Below are positions 29,609 through 37,907 of a stretch of DNA of 64,000 nucleotides, one piece after another (within the stretch, counting starts at the first letter, position 1; each line of letters begins with the position of its first letter). Origin of the DNA: an uncultured delta proteobacterium (GTDB taxonomy: Bacteria > Desulfobacterota > Binatia > UBA9968); NCBI GenBank assembly GCA_963816145.1, contig CAWFJP010000005.1, forward strand, positions 320,001 to 384,000, read 5' to 3'. The position numbers and the translations under genes were made by a program. The notes under the pieces are model-generated. The model ran no database searches. It was not told the DNA's origin and saw only the letters and a list, made by a program, of their open reading frames with translations.

Positions 29609-30247
29609 CTACTTCGGCATCATCTCGCAGGGTGTCTGCCTAGGGCCGAGGCTTTCGTAGTAGTCGTTGGTCTCCGGATTGTACCGGCCCTGGTTGAAGT
29701 CGCCGCCTTTTTGACTACGGATGATCACCGCCACGGTGCGTTCGCCGACGGTGAGCTCGGTGTGGATTTCATATGGCTTTACCAGATCGATGTCGCCCGG
29801 CCCGCAGAGCACGTTGCTCGATTCCTTGATCTGGGCAAAGTTGGGCTTGGAGCGGTCGTCGAGCCGGTCGTAGCGCACAACTTTTTCTCGGCCATCAATG
29901 ACGCCATAAAGCGTGTAGATATGCGCGTGATCGTGAATCCGCGCCGGCGCGCCCTGGCGCGCTTGGCCTTTGGTCAGGCCGTTGATGGCGAAGCCGTAGT
30001 CGGGGTCCTCGTAGAAAAGCAGGTTCTCGGCGCGGCCGTTGGCGGGCACGCAATCGGGCCAGGTCTTCGAGGCGGCGACCATATCGGGATCGGCCAAGAG
30101 TTCGGCTAAGATCGGCCGCAGGCCATTCCAGCGTTTGTCGAGATCGGCTTCCTTGGCGAACAGCTCGCGGGTCTTTCGGATGAAACGATCTTTAGCATTT
30201 TCGCTGCTCGTTTGTCTCGTCGTGGTGGTTGCAGTTTGGGTTTCCAT
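29609..30247 (-). CDS. Cysteine/thiol dioxygenase-like cupin
   Basis: IHDH...YG...G.E...RY...IH 3-His pattern; start ATG 30247 after AGGAGG. Confidence 0.75.
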   Translation of the reverse strand: METQTATTTTRQTSSENAKDRFIRKTRELFAKEADLDKRWNGLRPILAELLADPDMVAASKTWPDCVPANGRAENLLFYEDPDYGFAINGLTKGQARQGAPARIHDHAHIYTLYGVIDGREKVVRYDRLDDRSKPNFAQIKESSNVLCGPGDIDLVKPYEIHTELTVGERTVAVIIRSQKGGDFNQGRYNPETNDYYESLGPRQTPCEMMPK

Positions 30248-30260
30248 GTTTCCTCCTGGT

Positions 30261-31433
30261 CTAGGGTTGGAGTTGTGGTTGCGGGTTTGAGGTTGAGCTG
30301 CTGCGCGATTCATATTCCCCCGCACCGTAGAAGCGCGCGCAGTTGTCCCAAAGGATCTTGCGCTTGTCGTCGTCGGAAAGTTTCAACTCAAGAAAGCTCT
30401 TGACGGCGTTGGGATACTTCGAGTCACCATGCGGATAGTCGGTGGAGAATACCAACTGATCGCAACCGAACTCTTCGATCGTGTAGCGTGCCGGCGCTTC
30501 ATCGGGCTCGATGGAGATCCAGCATTGGCGTTTGAAATACTCGCTGGGCGGCATCTTCAAATCCGACATGAAGACATCGCCTTCACGCTCGTAGCCTTCG
30601 TCCAGCCGCCATAACAGCCAGGGCAGCCAGGAACAGTTGGCTTCAAGAAAGGCGACGCGCATCTTGGGATGACGTTCCAAAATACCTCCGCCCAAGAAAG
30701 CGCCCATGCCCATCATCTGCTCGAACGGTTGGGCATAAACGCGGCGCAGACCGAAGTTGGGTTCGAAATGTTCCGCCGCCTGGCGCGAGCGCGATGCCGA
30801 AGCTTCGTGGAAGCCCAACGGCAAATTCAATTCTTCGAGCAATTCCCAGAGCGGCTCGTAGTGCGGGTCATACCAGTTCTTGCCGTTGATGATGTTGGAG
30901 CGCAGGAACACCGAGCGAAAACCATACTCTTCTTTGACCCGGCGGGTTTCGCGCAAAGCATCGTCGAGATCGTAGACCGAGATCATGCCGGCGCCGAGGA
31001 GCCGCTCGGGATCGGCGGAGCAAAAGTCATGCAGCCAATCGTTGTAGGCGCGCGCCATGGCGTCAGCGAAGCGCGGATCTTGGTCGGGGAAGGTGAGTAT
31101 GCCCAGTCCGCGAGTCGGGAACAGCACCGCGGTGTCGATGCCTTCGGTGTCCATCGCTTCCAACTGCACGTGACCGGTCCAGCCGCGCTCGGCGTGGCTG
31201 CGATAGATCTCCTGATTCTTATTGAAGTTGCTGCCGCGGTGCGGTGTGCCACCGGTGCGCCGGGTGTCTTTGGGCACTTTAGGAAAGATCGTGCCGAGAT
31301 CGCGGACGTTGTCCGAGGTCCGGCCGCGCGGCGCCTGATCGCGAAATTTGGGATCAATATAGCGCTCCCAAAGATCGGGCGGCTCCATGATATGCATGTC
31401 GCTGTCGAAAACTTTGAATCCATTTTTCGCCAT
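30261..31433 (-). CDS. Amidohydrolase-2 family protein
   Basis: FDSDMH, RAYNDW, LGFHE, LEANCSW, FSTDYPH; start ATG 31433. Confidence 0.9.
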   Translation of the reverse strand: MAKNGFKVFDSDMHIMEPPDLWERYIDPKFRDQAPRGRTSDNVRDLGTIFPKVPKDTRRTGGTPHRGSNFNKNQEIYRSHAERGWTGHVQLEAMDTEGIDTAVLFPTRGLGILTFPDQDPRFADAMARAYNDWLHDFCSADPERLLGAGMISVYDLDDALRETRRVKEEYGFRSVFLRSNIINGKNWYDPHYEPLWELLEELNLPLGFHEASASRSRQAAEHFEPNFGLRRVYAQPFEQMMGMGAFLGGGILERHPKMRVAFLEANCSWLPWLLWRLDEGYEREGDVFMSDLKMPPSEYFKRQCWISIEPDEAPARYTIEEFGCDQLVFSTDYPHGDSKYPNAVKSFLELKLSDDDKRKILWDNCARFYGAGEYESRSSSTSNPQPQLQP

Positions 31434-31454
31434 GGTTCCCCCTTTGATTTGCCG

Positions 31455-31484
31455 AGCGTAATGCCGAGTTAGGGGAGATGTCAA
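31455..31484 (-). promoter_or_regulatory. sigma70-type promoter
   Basis: TTGACA-18-TACGCT on the minus strand. Confidence 0.55.
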
Positions 31485-31544
31485 GCAATGTTTACTTTGA
31501 GTTGTCGGCGGGTTGGATCGCCGCTCCAGCGCGCAGATTCGGCG

Positions 31545-31571
31545 GAGATTTCTCGCTGCCCTCGAAATGAC
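31545..31571. repeat. GTCAT-type REP half element
   Basis: GAGATTTCTCGCTGCCCTCGAAATGAC, similar to 14369-14395 and 62714-62741. Confidence 0.65.
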
Positions 31572-31626
31572 TATTGATGATGAATTGACCATGTCACAGT
31601 TTGCGGTCTTTCAAGTGTCGCTAACG

Positions 31627-32502
31627 TCACGGCATGTTAACGCCGGTAGGAGCGAAGTACTCTGAGCCCGTTGTGCGGGATGCACCCCATGGCAGTTCGA
31701 GCTGGTTGCCCTCAGGAAAGAGAACTTGCGCCGTCCCTTCAATGCGCTCGCCACGCACTTTGCCGCTGAATTCATGACGGGTTAGGCCGATGCCTTCCAA
31801 CGTCATGACGAGGTTGAACGAGATGTTCTCGCCGTTGAGCTTCATGTCGCTCAGCACTTCACGGTTGGCGCCGGCGCGGACGACGCCTTCGGCGCTTTGG
31901 AATTGCTGTTCCAACACCGCGGCGTAGGCGATGCGCTGGCCGGCGAGGTTAAACTCCCAGCTCCAGTTGCCGGCAATGCGCGCCGGCACGATCCAGAGGT
32001 AGCTGGTCGGGCTGCCGCTGTCAGTGGCGTCGGCGGGCCAGGTGCCGAGATCCCAGGTGCTGGTTAAGACGCGCGTGCCAGGGCGCGCGCGTTCGAGAAT
32101 GATCGGTCTTAGCAGCCGCAAGAGTTCCGGAAATAGCCACATGGTGACTACCGTAGCCTCGCGGAGGTCGGCGTCGAAGGCGTTCTGATGAATAAACTTG
32201 ACGCGGTCAGCGACGCCCTGGGCCATGGCGATGCCATTGGATTCGGCGATCAGCTTCGCGTCGATATCGACGCCCCAGCCGCGCACTTTCGCATTCATTT
32301 TCGCCGCGGTGAGGACAATGAGTCCATCGCCCGAGCCGAGGTCCGCCACCACGTCGTCGTCGCGCAGGTTGGCGAGCTTGAGCATGCGCTCGGCACTTTC
32401 GGGCGTGCTCGCTTGGAAGAACGAAAAGCGCTCTTGGGCCGGCGCGCCGGCGGCGGCACAAAGCATGATGCCGAAAATCAGTTTGCGGGTTAATTCAATC
32501 AT
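31627..32502 (-). CDS. Class I SAM-dependent methyltransferase with signal peptide and C-terminal beta domain
   Basis: VADLGSGDG, GVDID, ATVVTMWL, PGTRV. Confidence 0.85.
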   Translation of the reverse strand: MIELTRKLIFGIMLCAAAGAPAQERFSFFQASTPESAERMLKLANLRDDDVVADLGSGDGLIVLTAAKMNAKVRGWGVDIDAKLIAESNGIAMAQGVADRVKFIHQNAFDADLREATVVTMWLFPELLRLLRPIILERARPGTRVLTSTWDLGTWPADATDSGSPTSYLWIVPARIAGNWSWEFNLAGQRIAYAAVLEQQFQSAEGVVRAGANREVLSDMKLNGENISFNLVMTLEGIGLTRHEFSGKVRGERIEGTAQVLFPEGNQLELPWGASRTTGSEYFAPTGVNMP

Positions 32503-32523
32503 GCATTCTCCGTTGCTATTCTC

Positions 32524-32584
32524 GTACGGGCGACCCCCCCGTGGTCACCATCTCCGGCGGACAGGCACGGGGGCCGGCCCCTCC
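32524..32584. repeat. Degenerate GTAG-type REP doublet
   Basis: GTACGGGCGACCCCCCCGTGGTCACC ... GGACAGGCACGGGGGCCGGCCCCTCC. Confidence 0.5.
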
Positions 32585-32703
32585 GCGGAATAGTTATTGA
32601 ATTTACAAACAAGCACGCCCTTTCTCTGCGGTCAATTGACAAGCGCTCTTTGCCCAATTACATCTCGTACAGTCGAGGGATATCTAACGGAATGCCGGGA
32701 GCT

Positions 32704-33690
32704 ATGAGCATGACTGTTCGAACATTGGTCGGTATCGCCATTCTGGTTTTGCTCAGTTCGGTCGACCTGAGCGCGCAAAGCCGCAAGGTGCGGGTGGCGA
32801 TGCCGGGCTACACCATCGCCGGGATTTCATTTCTTACCGCGAAGGTCAACGGCTACTACGCCGCCGAGGGCTTGGATGTGGAGCTGATCGCCATGCGCGC
32901 GCCGACGGCGAATCTCGCCGTGCTGAGCAGCAGCGTGGAGTTCTCCACGGTGCCTTTGGCTGGATTGAATACGGCGCTGCGCGGCGGCGCATTGAAGATC
33001 GTCATGGTCCACTTCGACAAGCCGCAGCATGTGTTGTTTGTCAAGAATGACCTGCAAAATCTAAAACTCTTGCGCGGCAAAAAAGTCGCCGTGTCCGGGC
33101 CGGGAGTGATCGACGACTTGCTGTTGCGTGAAGTGCTGGGAAATAACGGCATCGATGCCAACAAAGAGCTGGCTATTCTCAGCATGGGTTCGGCGGATAC
33201 CCGGGTGACCAGCTTGATCAGTGGCGCGGTGGACGGAGCGATGATCATCGCTCCGCATACTTTTACCGCCAAGGACGCGGGCTTTCGCGAATTGGTGGTG
33301 TTTCGCGACCAGGGTTTGCTCTTGCCGAGCGGCGGTATCGCGGCACGGGACGAAACACTGAAAAACGATCCGGGTTTGGTGGAGCGCTTCACGCGCGCGT
33401 CGATGATGGGGTTCATCCACTCGCGCGATAACCGCGCCGGCGCGATCCGGGTTCTTAGCAAGACGTTAAGGATCGACGAGACGATCGCCGCGAAAGTATA
33501 CGATTCGTCGCGACCGACGATGACGGCCGACGGCACGCTCAGTGACGATGCACAAAAGAAAATGGCTGCTTTTGTCGCTAAGTCTGCCGGCCTTAAAGAA
33601 ATCATAGCGGCGGACAAGGCCTTCGATTTCTCGTTTGTACGCAAGGCTAACGCTGCGTTGCACACCAAAGGCTGGCAGCCGCTGCCGTGA
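32704..33690 (+). CDS. ABC substrate-binding protein, NMT1/SsuA-like
   Basis: Signal peptide; AKVNGYYAAEGLDVELI, LRGKKVAVS; TTGACA-17-TACATC at 32636-32664 favours a start near 32704. Confidence 0.85.
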   Translation: MSMTVRTLVGIAILVLLSSVDLSAQSRKVRVAMPGYTIAGISFLTAKVNGYYAAEGLDVELIAMRAPTANLAVLSSSVEFSTVPLAGLNTALRGGALKIVMVHFDKPQHVLFVKNDLQNLKLLRGKKVAVSGPGVIDDLLLREVLGNNGIDANKELAILSMGSADTRVTSLISGAVDGAMIIAPHTFTAKDAGFRELVVFRDQGLLLPSGGIAARDETLKNDPGLVERFTRASMMGFIHSRDNRAGAIRVLSKTLRIDETIAAKVYDSSRPTMTADGTLSDDAQKKMAAFVAKSAGLKEIIAADKAFDFSFVRKANAALHTKGWQPLP

Positions 33691-33691
33691 A

Positions 33692-33721
33692 TTGACAACA
33701 GCGCTCCAGCGGCACTAAGGT
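33692..33721 (+). promoter_or_regulatory. sigma70-type promoter for the grdE/grdB-like pair
   Basis: TTGACA-18-TAAGGT. Confidence 0.5.
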
Positions 33722-33739
33722 CTTCTGTGAAAGAGCATT

Positions 33740-35014
33740 ATGCAACTGACACTGGCCTATCACCCGGTTAGCTCGATTCGCTTCGGCGCTAAATTGAATT
33801 TGGACGGCACGGTGCTGACGGTTAGCCAAGACGAATTGCGCGCCATTGTTCTCGAAGACTCGCTGATCGAAGCGGTGGACTTCGCCCTCGCCGCGCCCAA
33901 CGACAGCCTGCGCGCCGGGCCGGTGTTCGATATCGTCGAGCCGCGCGCCAAGGCGGCGGTCGGCAGCCCGGACTGGCCGGGGATTCTCGGTGCGCCGCAG
34001 ACCGCCGGCAGCGGCACTACGCATGTGCTGTCCGGTGCGGCAGTGACCATGCTGCGTGAGGACTCTTCCGGTGATTCGCGCGGCGCCACTGGTTACGTCC
34101 TCGAAATGAGCGGCGCGCCGGCGGCGGGCTCGCATTACGGCACGCTGCGGCATTTGATCGTCGTACCGCGTACTCGGCCGAATATTCCGGCGGCCGCGCG
34201 TCAGCGCGCTTACCGTTTAGCGCAATTGAAAATGGCTGTGCGACTGGCACAGGCGGCTTTTTCTGTCGTACCGGCGCGATCCGAAGTCCTCGATAACGCG
34301 GATGCCGAGCCGCGCGCCGGCTTGCCGCGGCTGGCTTACATTGGTCAAATCTTTTCACGTCAGCGCAAACCGGAAGCCGATGAGCATATACTTTACGGCA
34401 CTGACACCGACGGCATGCTGCCGACCCTCCTCCATCCCAACGAGTGGCTCGACGGCGCGTTGGTGCCGTCGTACCACGCGTCAATCGGTGGCGCAGAAAC
34501 CTATTTTTATCAAAATCATCCAGTGATTCTCGAACTCTACCGGCGCCATCGCGCGGGTGAAATAAATTTCATCGGCTCGGTGGCGACGATAGCCTCGGCC
34601 AATAATTTCGACCGCGAACGCAACACGCGCTTTGCGGCCAATCTTACTAAATGGGCACTGCGCGCTGATGCCGCAGTGCTGACCAAGTTCGGCGGCGGCG
34701 TGCCGCACACGGATTTGTCGGAGACCGCGCGCGTACTCGAAACCATGGGTGTCAAGACCGCCGTGCAGGTTACGGATCTCGCGCGCGACCACCGGATCGA
34801 GTCGGCGCTATTGTTCAACTTCCCCGAGGTCGACGCCATCGTCTGCATCGGCGGCAACGACACCCACTGGAAGCTGCCGCAGGTCGAGCGCGTGATCGCG
34901 GCCAGCAGCGGCCTGGCGGAGTTGCTCGCCGGCCCGTTGGAGATCGACTCGCTCAATGTGATCGGCGTCGCCAACCAGCAAGGGGCGTCGCGATTGAAGT
35001 CGGTGGTGTATTAA
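33740..35014 (+). CDS. Glycine/sarcosine/betaine reductase component B non-Sec subunit (GrdE/GrdG/GrdI-like)
   Basis: DIVEPRAK, AGSGTTHVLSG, PTLLHPNEWLDGA, TY.YQNHP.I.ELY, DAIV..GN; adjacent to grdB-like gene. Confidence 0.85.
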   Translation: MQLTLAYHPVSSIRFGAKLNLDGTVLTVSQDELRAIVLEDSLIEAVDFALAAPNDSLRAGPVFDIVEPRAKAAVGSPDWPGILGAPQTAGSGTTHVLSGAAVTMLREDSSGDSRGATGYVLEMSGAPAAGSHYGTLRHLIVVPRTRPNIPAAARQRAYRLAQLKMAVRLAQAAFSVVPARSEVLDNADAEPRAGLPRLAYIGQIFSRQRKPEADEHILYGTDTDGMLPTLLHPNEWLDGALVPSYHASIGGAETYFYQNHPVILELYRRHRAGEINFIGSVATIASANNFDRERNTRFAANLTKWALRADAAVLTKFGGGVPHTDLSETARVLETMGVKTAVQVTDLARDHRIESALLFNFPEVDAIVCIGGNDTHWKLPQVERVIAASSGLAELLAGPLEIDSLNVIGVANQQGASRLKSVVY

Positions 35015-35018
35015 GAGG

Positions 35019-35091
35019 GCGTGAGGCCTGAGACGCGAGGCTTGAGTAAATCCGGAATCCGAACTCATGTCTCAAGCCTCGCGCCTCAGGC
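35019..35091. repeat. Palindromic 7-nt periodic GCxTGAG/CTCAxGC element
   Basis: GCGTGAG GCCTGAG ACGCGAG GCTTGAG ... CTCATGT CTCAAGC CTCGCGC CTCAGGC. Confidence 0.85.
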
Positions 35092-35108
35092 GTACTTAGG
35101 AGTTTGTC

Positions 35109-36380
35109 ATGCGTGTCGTACATTACGTCAATCAATTTTTCGGTGGGCTCGGCGGTGAAGAACACGCAGGAAATGCGCTTGAAATTCGCGATGGTGCGGT
35201 GGGGCCGGGCAAGTTGCTGGAACAACTCTTTGGCAACGACTGCCAAGTGGTGATGACGTTGGTCTGCGGCGATAACTACGCTGTGGAGAATCTGGAGGCG
35301 TTGACGGCCGCTGTATTGGAAAAAATTCGCGCTGCCCAGGCCGATCTGTTTGTCGCCGGGCCATGCTTTCTAGCGGGGCGATACGGCCTGGCGGCGGGGG
35401 CGCTGTGCGCGGCCGCGCAGGCGACATTGAAAATTCCCGTCATCACCGCCATGGCGGCGGAGAATCCCGGCGCCGATCTCTACCGCGAGTTCATGTATAT
35501 CGTCGACTCCGGTGACAATAGCGCTAAGATGCGCGAGGTGTTGACGCGAATGGCGGCCATGGCACAGAAGCTCATGCGTCATGAGATCATCGGCAGCCCC
35601 AAGGATGAAGGCTATCTCGTGCGCGGATTGATCCGCGATGAATTTGTCGAGCTATCCGCCGGCCAGCGCTTGGTCGATATGGTGCTCAAGAAAGTGCGCG
35701 GCGAGCCCTTCGAGAGCGAAATGAGTCCGACCACCTTCGCGCCGGTACCGAAGCCGCCGGCGATCGCCGATCTGACAAAAGCCAAGGTGATGCTGGTTAC
35801 CGACGGCGGGCTGGTGCCGAAGGGCAATCCAGACAAGATCCAGGGCTCGGCGGCGACTCGCTGGGGCGTGTACAGTGTCAAAGGTTGCCAAGATTTGGAT
35901 GGCGCCGACTACGAGATCTCCCACGGCGGCTATGATCCGCAGTTCGTGCGCCAGGATCCGGATCGGCTGGTGCCGCTGGATGTCATGCGCGAACTGGAAC
36001 GGGAGGGCGTCATCGGCGAGTTGCACGAAGAGTTTATTTCCACTTCGGGTCTGTCTAATCCATTGTCGAACACCCGGCGCATGGGACGGGAGATGGCAGC
36101 CAAGGCGAAGCAGCTGGGCATCGACGCGATCATTCTGACTTCAACGTGAGGCACCAGCACTCGCAGCGGCGCTGCGATCACTACGGAATTGGAAAAGGCC
36201 GGTATTCCCACGGTGCAGATTACCGCCGCGTTGCCCGTGGCGAAGATGGTCGGCGCCAATCGGTTGGTGCTCGGCAATGGTATCGTCCATGTGGTGGGCG
36301 ATGCCAAGGTATCGAAAGAGGACGAAAAGAAGCTGCGGCGCCGCTTGGTGGAGCAGGCTCTCGCGGCGATGCAAAAGTAA
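35109..36380 (+). CDS. grdB: Glycine/betaine/sarcosine reductase family selenoprotein B (Sec at TGA 36147-36149, residue 347; 423 aa)
   Basis: MRVVHYVNQFFGGLGGEE, AGP.F.AGRYG, VP.GNPD, HGGYD, DPDRLVPLD, ILTST-U-GT; in-frame continuation to TAA 36380. Confidence 0.92.
36161..36177 (+). promoter_or_regulatory. Bacterial SECIS-like hairpin
   Basis: TCGCAGC-GGC-GCTGCGA, perfect 7-bp stem with G-first loop, 11 nt after the TGA. Confidence 0.82.
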
Positions 36381-36630
36381 TAGCCGATGGAATCGCGTCC
36401 ATAATTTTGCCCGTTATCGGCCATTGCGCAGGGGTTCTTCGCCGAGGCCCGTAAAGATTGTCCAGTTCCTTGACTTGCTTCGAAGGCTGCTTTGGCTATT
36501 GATCGAGTATGGCATTATAATCAGCAACGAACCGAGTGAGCTTCGCCGGTGGAGGCAGGCCAAGTGGCGAATACATCAATTTCCCAACTCTATGCCAGGA
36601 CAATACCAAATCGCCGATTAGAGATCGCGA

Positions 36631-37770
36631 ATGAAACGTAGATTGATTGGACCGACGGTCATCGCCACGACGCTTTGCCTAGTGCTGTTGCAGCACCGTT
36701 TTTTTGGCGACAAAGGTTGGAGTCTCCTCGGGGTTCTGGGAAAAGTCCTGTCCGTCGTGGGTGCGATCCTTACGCCGCCCGAATCGGTCAGCAGCTTTTT
36801 TTATACTAATCTCGCGTTGCCGCTGGCGGTCGTTGTTACGGCGCTGGTTGTGCTTTGGATGATTCTAGCCGGCGCCCGGAAGACGATGCGTCAAGTGACC
36901 CCCGACGCGGAGGCGCCGATCTGGGAACTCCCCGTCACCAGCGATACCACTTCGGAGAGCGAACCGTTGGACGACGCGCCTGAATTGTCTTGGTCGCTGC
37001 CAGCCTATCGCTTCAATTGTCTACGCAGCAAGCTGGTCCTGGGATTTCTCGCGATCAGCCTGTTCGTCGTGGTCGCGGCTGCGTCATTCACTTACAGCTA
37101 TTTACATCGCGCGGTGGAGGGCGGCGCCAAGGCGCGCGCAGGCATCACCGCGATGGCGGTCAACGCCACGGCGGTTTGGCATGTCGATGGAAAGAGGTAT
37201 CAGGAGCTGCGCGACGAATTGGTCAAGACGACGACCCGACCAGCGGTCGCCTACGCCTATGTCGAGGACAGTGATGGCGAGTTGATTGCTCACGCTCCGA
37301 AAGATCTGCCGAATCATTTGATTCGCCGGCCGTTGTTGGAGCCGCGCCTGATGACTGGCGAACAGTTGGTGGGTTATCGCAACGAGATCGTCTACGACTA
37401 CGCCCAGCGCAGTGGCTTGAACAATCGATTCGTCGTCCATCTGGGAATCTGGCAGGACTCGGTGGTGGCCGAGACATGGTCAGTGTTGGGGCCGATCTTG
37501 CTTGCGGTCATTTTGTTGATACTCTGCGCCGCGGCGGTGTTTCTCGTTATGTTGCGGGACCTGCACCGGCCGCTGCTTGAGCTGGTCGAACAGTCGACGC
37601 GCATTAGCAAAGGCAATTTTTCCGTGGCCCTGGCAACCAAGCGGGACGATGAACTGGGAGATCTGGCTCGCTCGTTGGAACGCATGAGATCGAGTTTGCG
37701 CGCAGTGCTTTCCCGTATTGGCACGGAACCTACGGCGACTCCGTCGGAGCGGCAGAGGCGATCGTTTTAG
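36631..37770 (+). CDS. Membrane protein ending in a HAMP domain
   Basis: Several TMs, periplasmic segment, HRPLLELV..ISKGNF..RDDELGDLARSLERMR near the C-terminus. Confidence 0.75.
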   Translation: MKRRLIGPTVIATTLCLVLLQHRFFGDKGWSLLGVLGKVLSVVGAILTPPESVSSFFYTNLALPLAVVVTALVVLWMILAGARKTMRQVTPDAEAPIWELPVTSDTTSESEPLDDAPELSWSLPAYRFNCLRSKLVLGFLAISLFVVVAAASFTYSYLHRAVEGGAKARAGITAMAVNATAVWHVDGKRYQELRDELVKTTTRPAVAYAYVEDSDGELIAHAPKDLPNHLIRRPLLEPRLMTGEQLVGYRNEIVYDYAQRSGLNNRFVVHLGIWQDSVVAETWSVLGPILLAVILLILCAAAVFLVMLRDLHRPLLELVEQSTRISKGNFSVALATKRDDELGDLARSLERMRSSLRAVLSRIGTEPTATPSERQRRSF

Positions 37771-37907
37771 TCGTCCGAAGAGCCGATCGCCATGCGCTAG
37801 CTATCAGGCGGAACCAGTTTGACTGAGCTCTGATCGCGGTCGTCGTCCACTTCCGCCTGGGGCCAGAAGAAATCCCAACACAATCGCTTGACGACATTGC
37901 GCGCTGG

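Noticed and set aside
17281-36149. Treating the two in-frame TGA codons as nonsense mutations (pseudogenes)
   Set aside because: Both fall exactly at known Sec motifs, are followed by equally spaced hairpins, and have intact downstream frames.
36510-36525. sigma54 promoter before the HAMP gene
   Set aside because: GG-to-GC spacing is 11, not 10; the TATAAT at 36516 fits sigma70 better.
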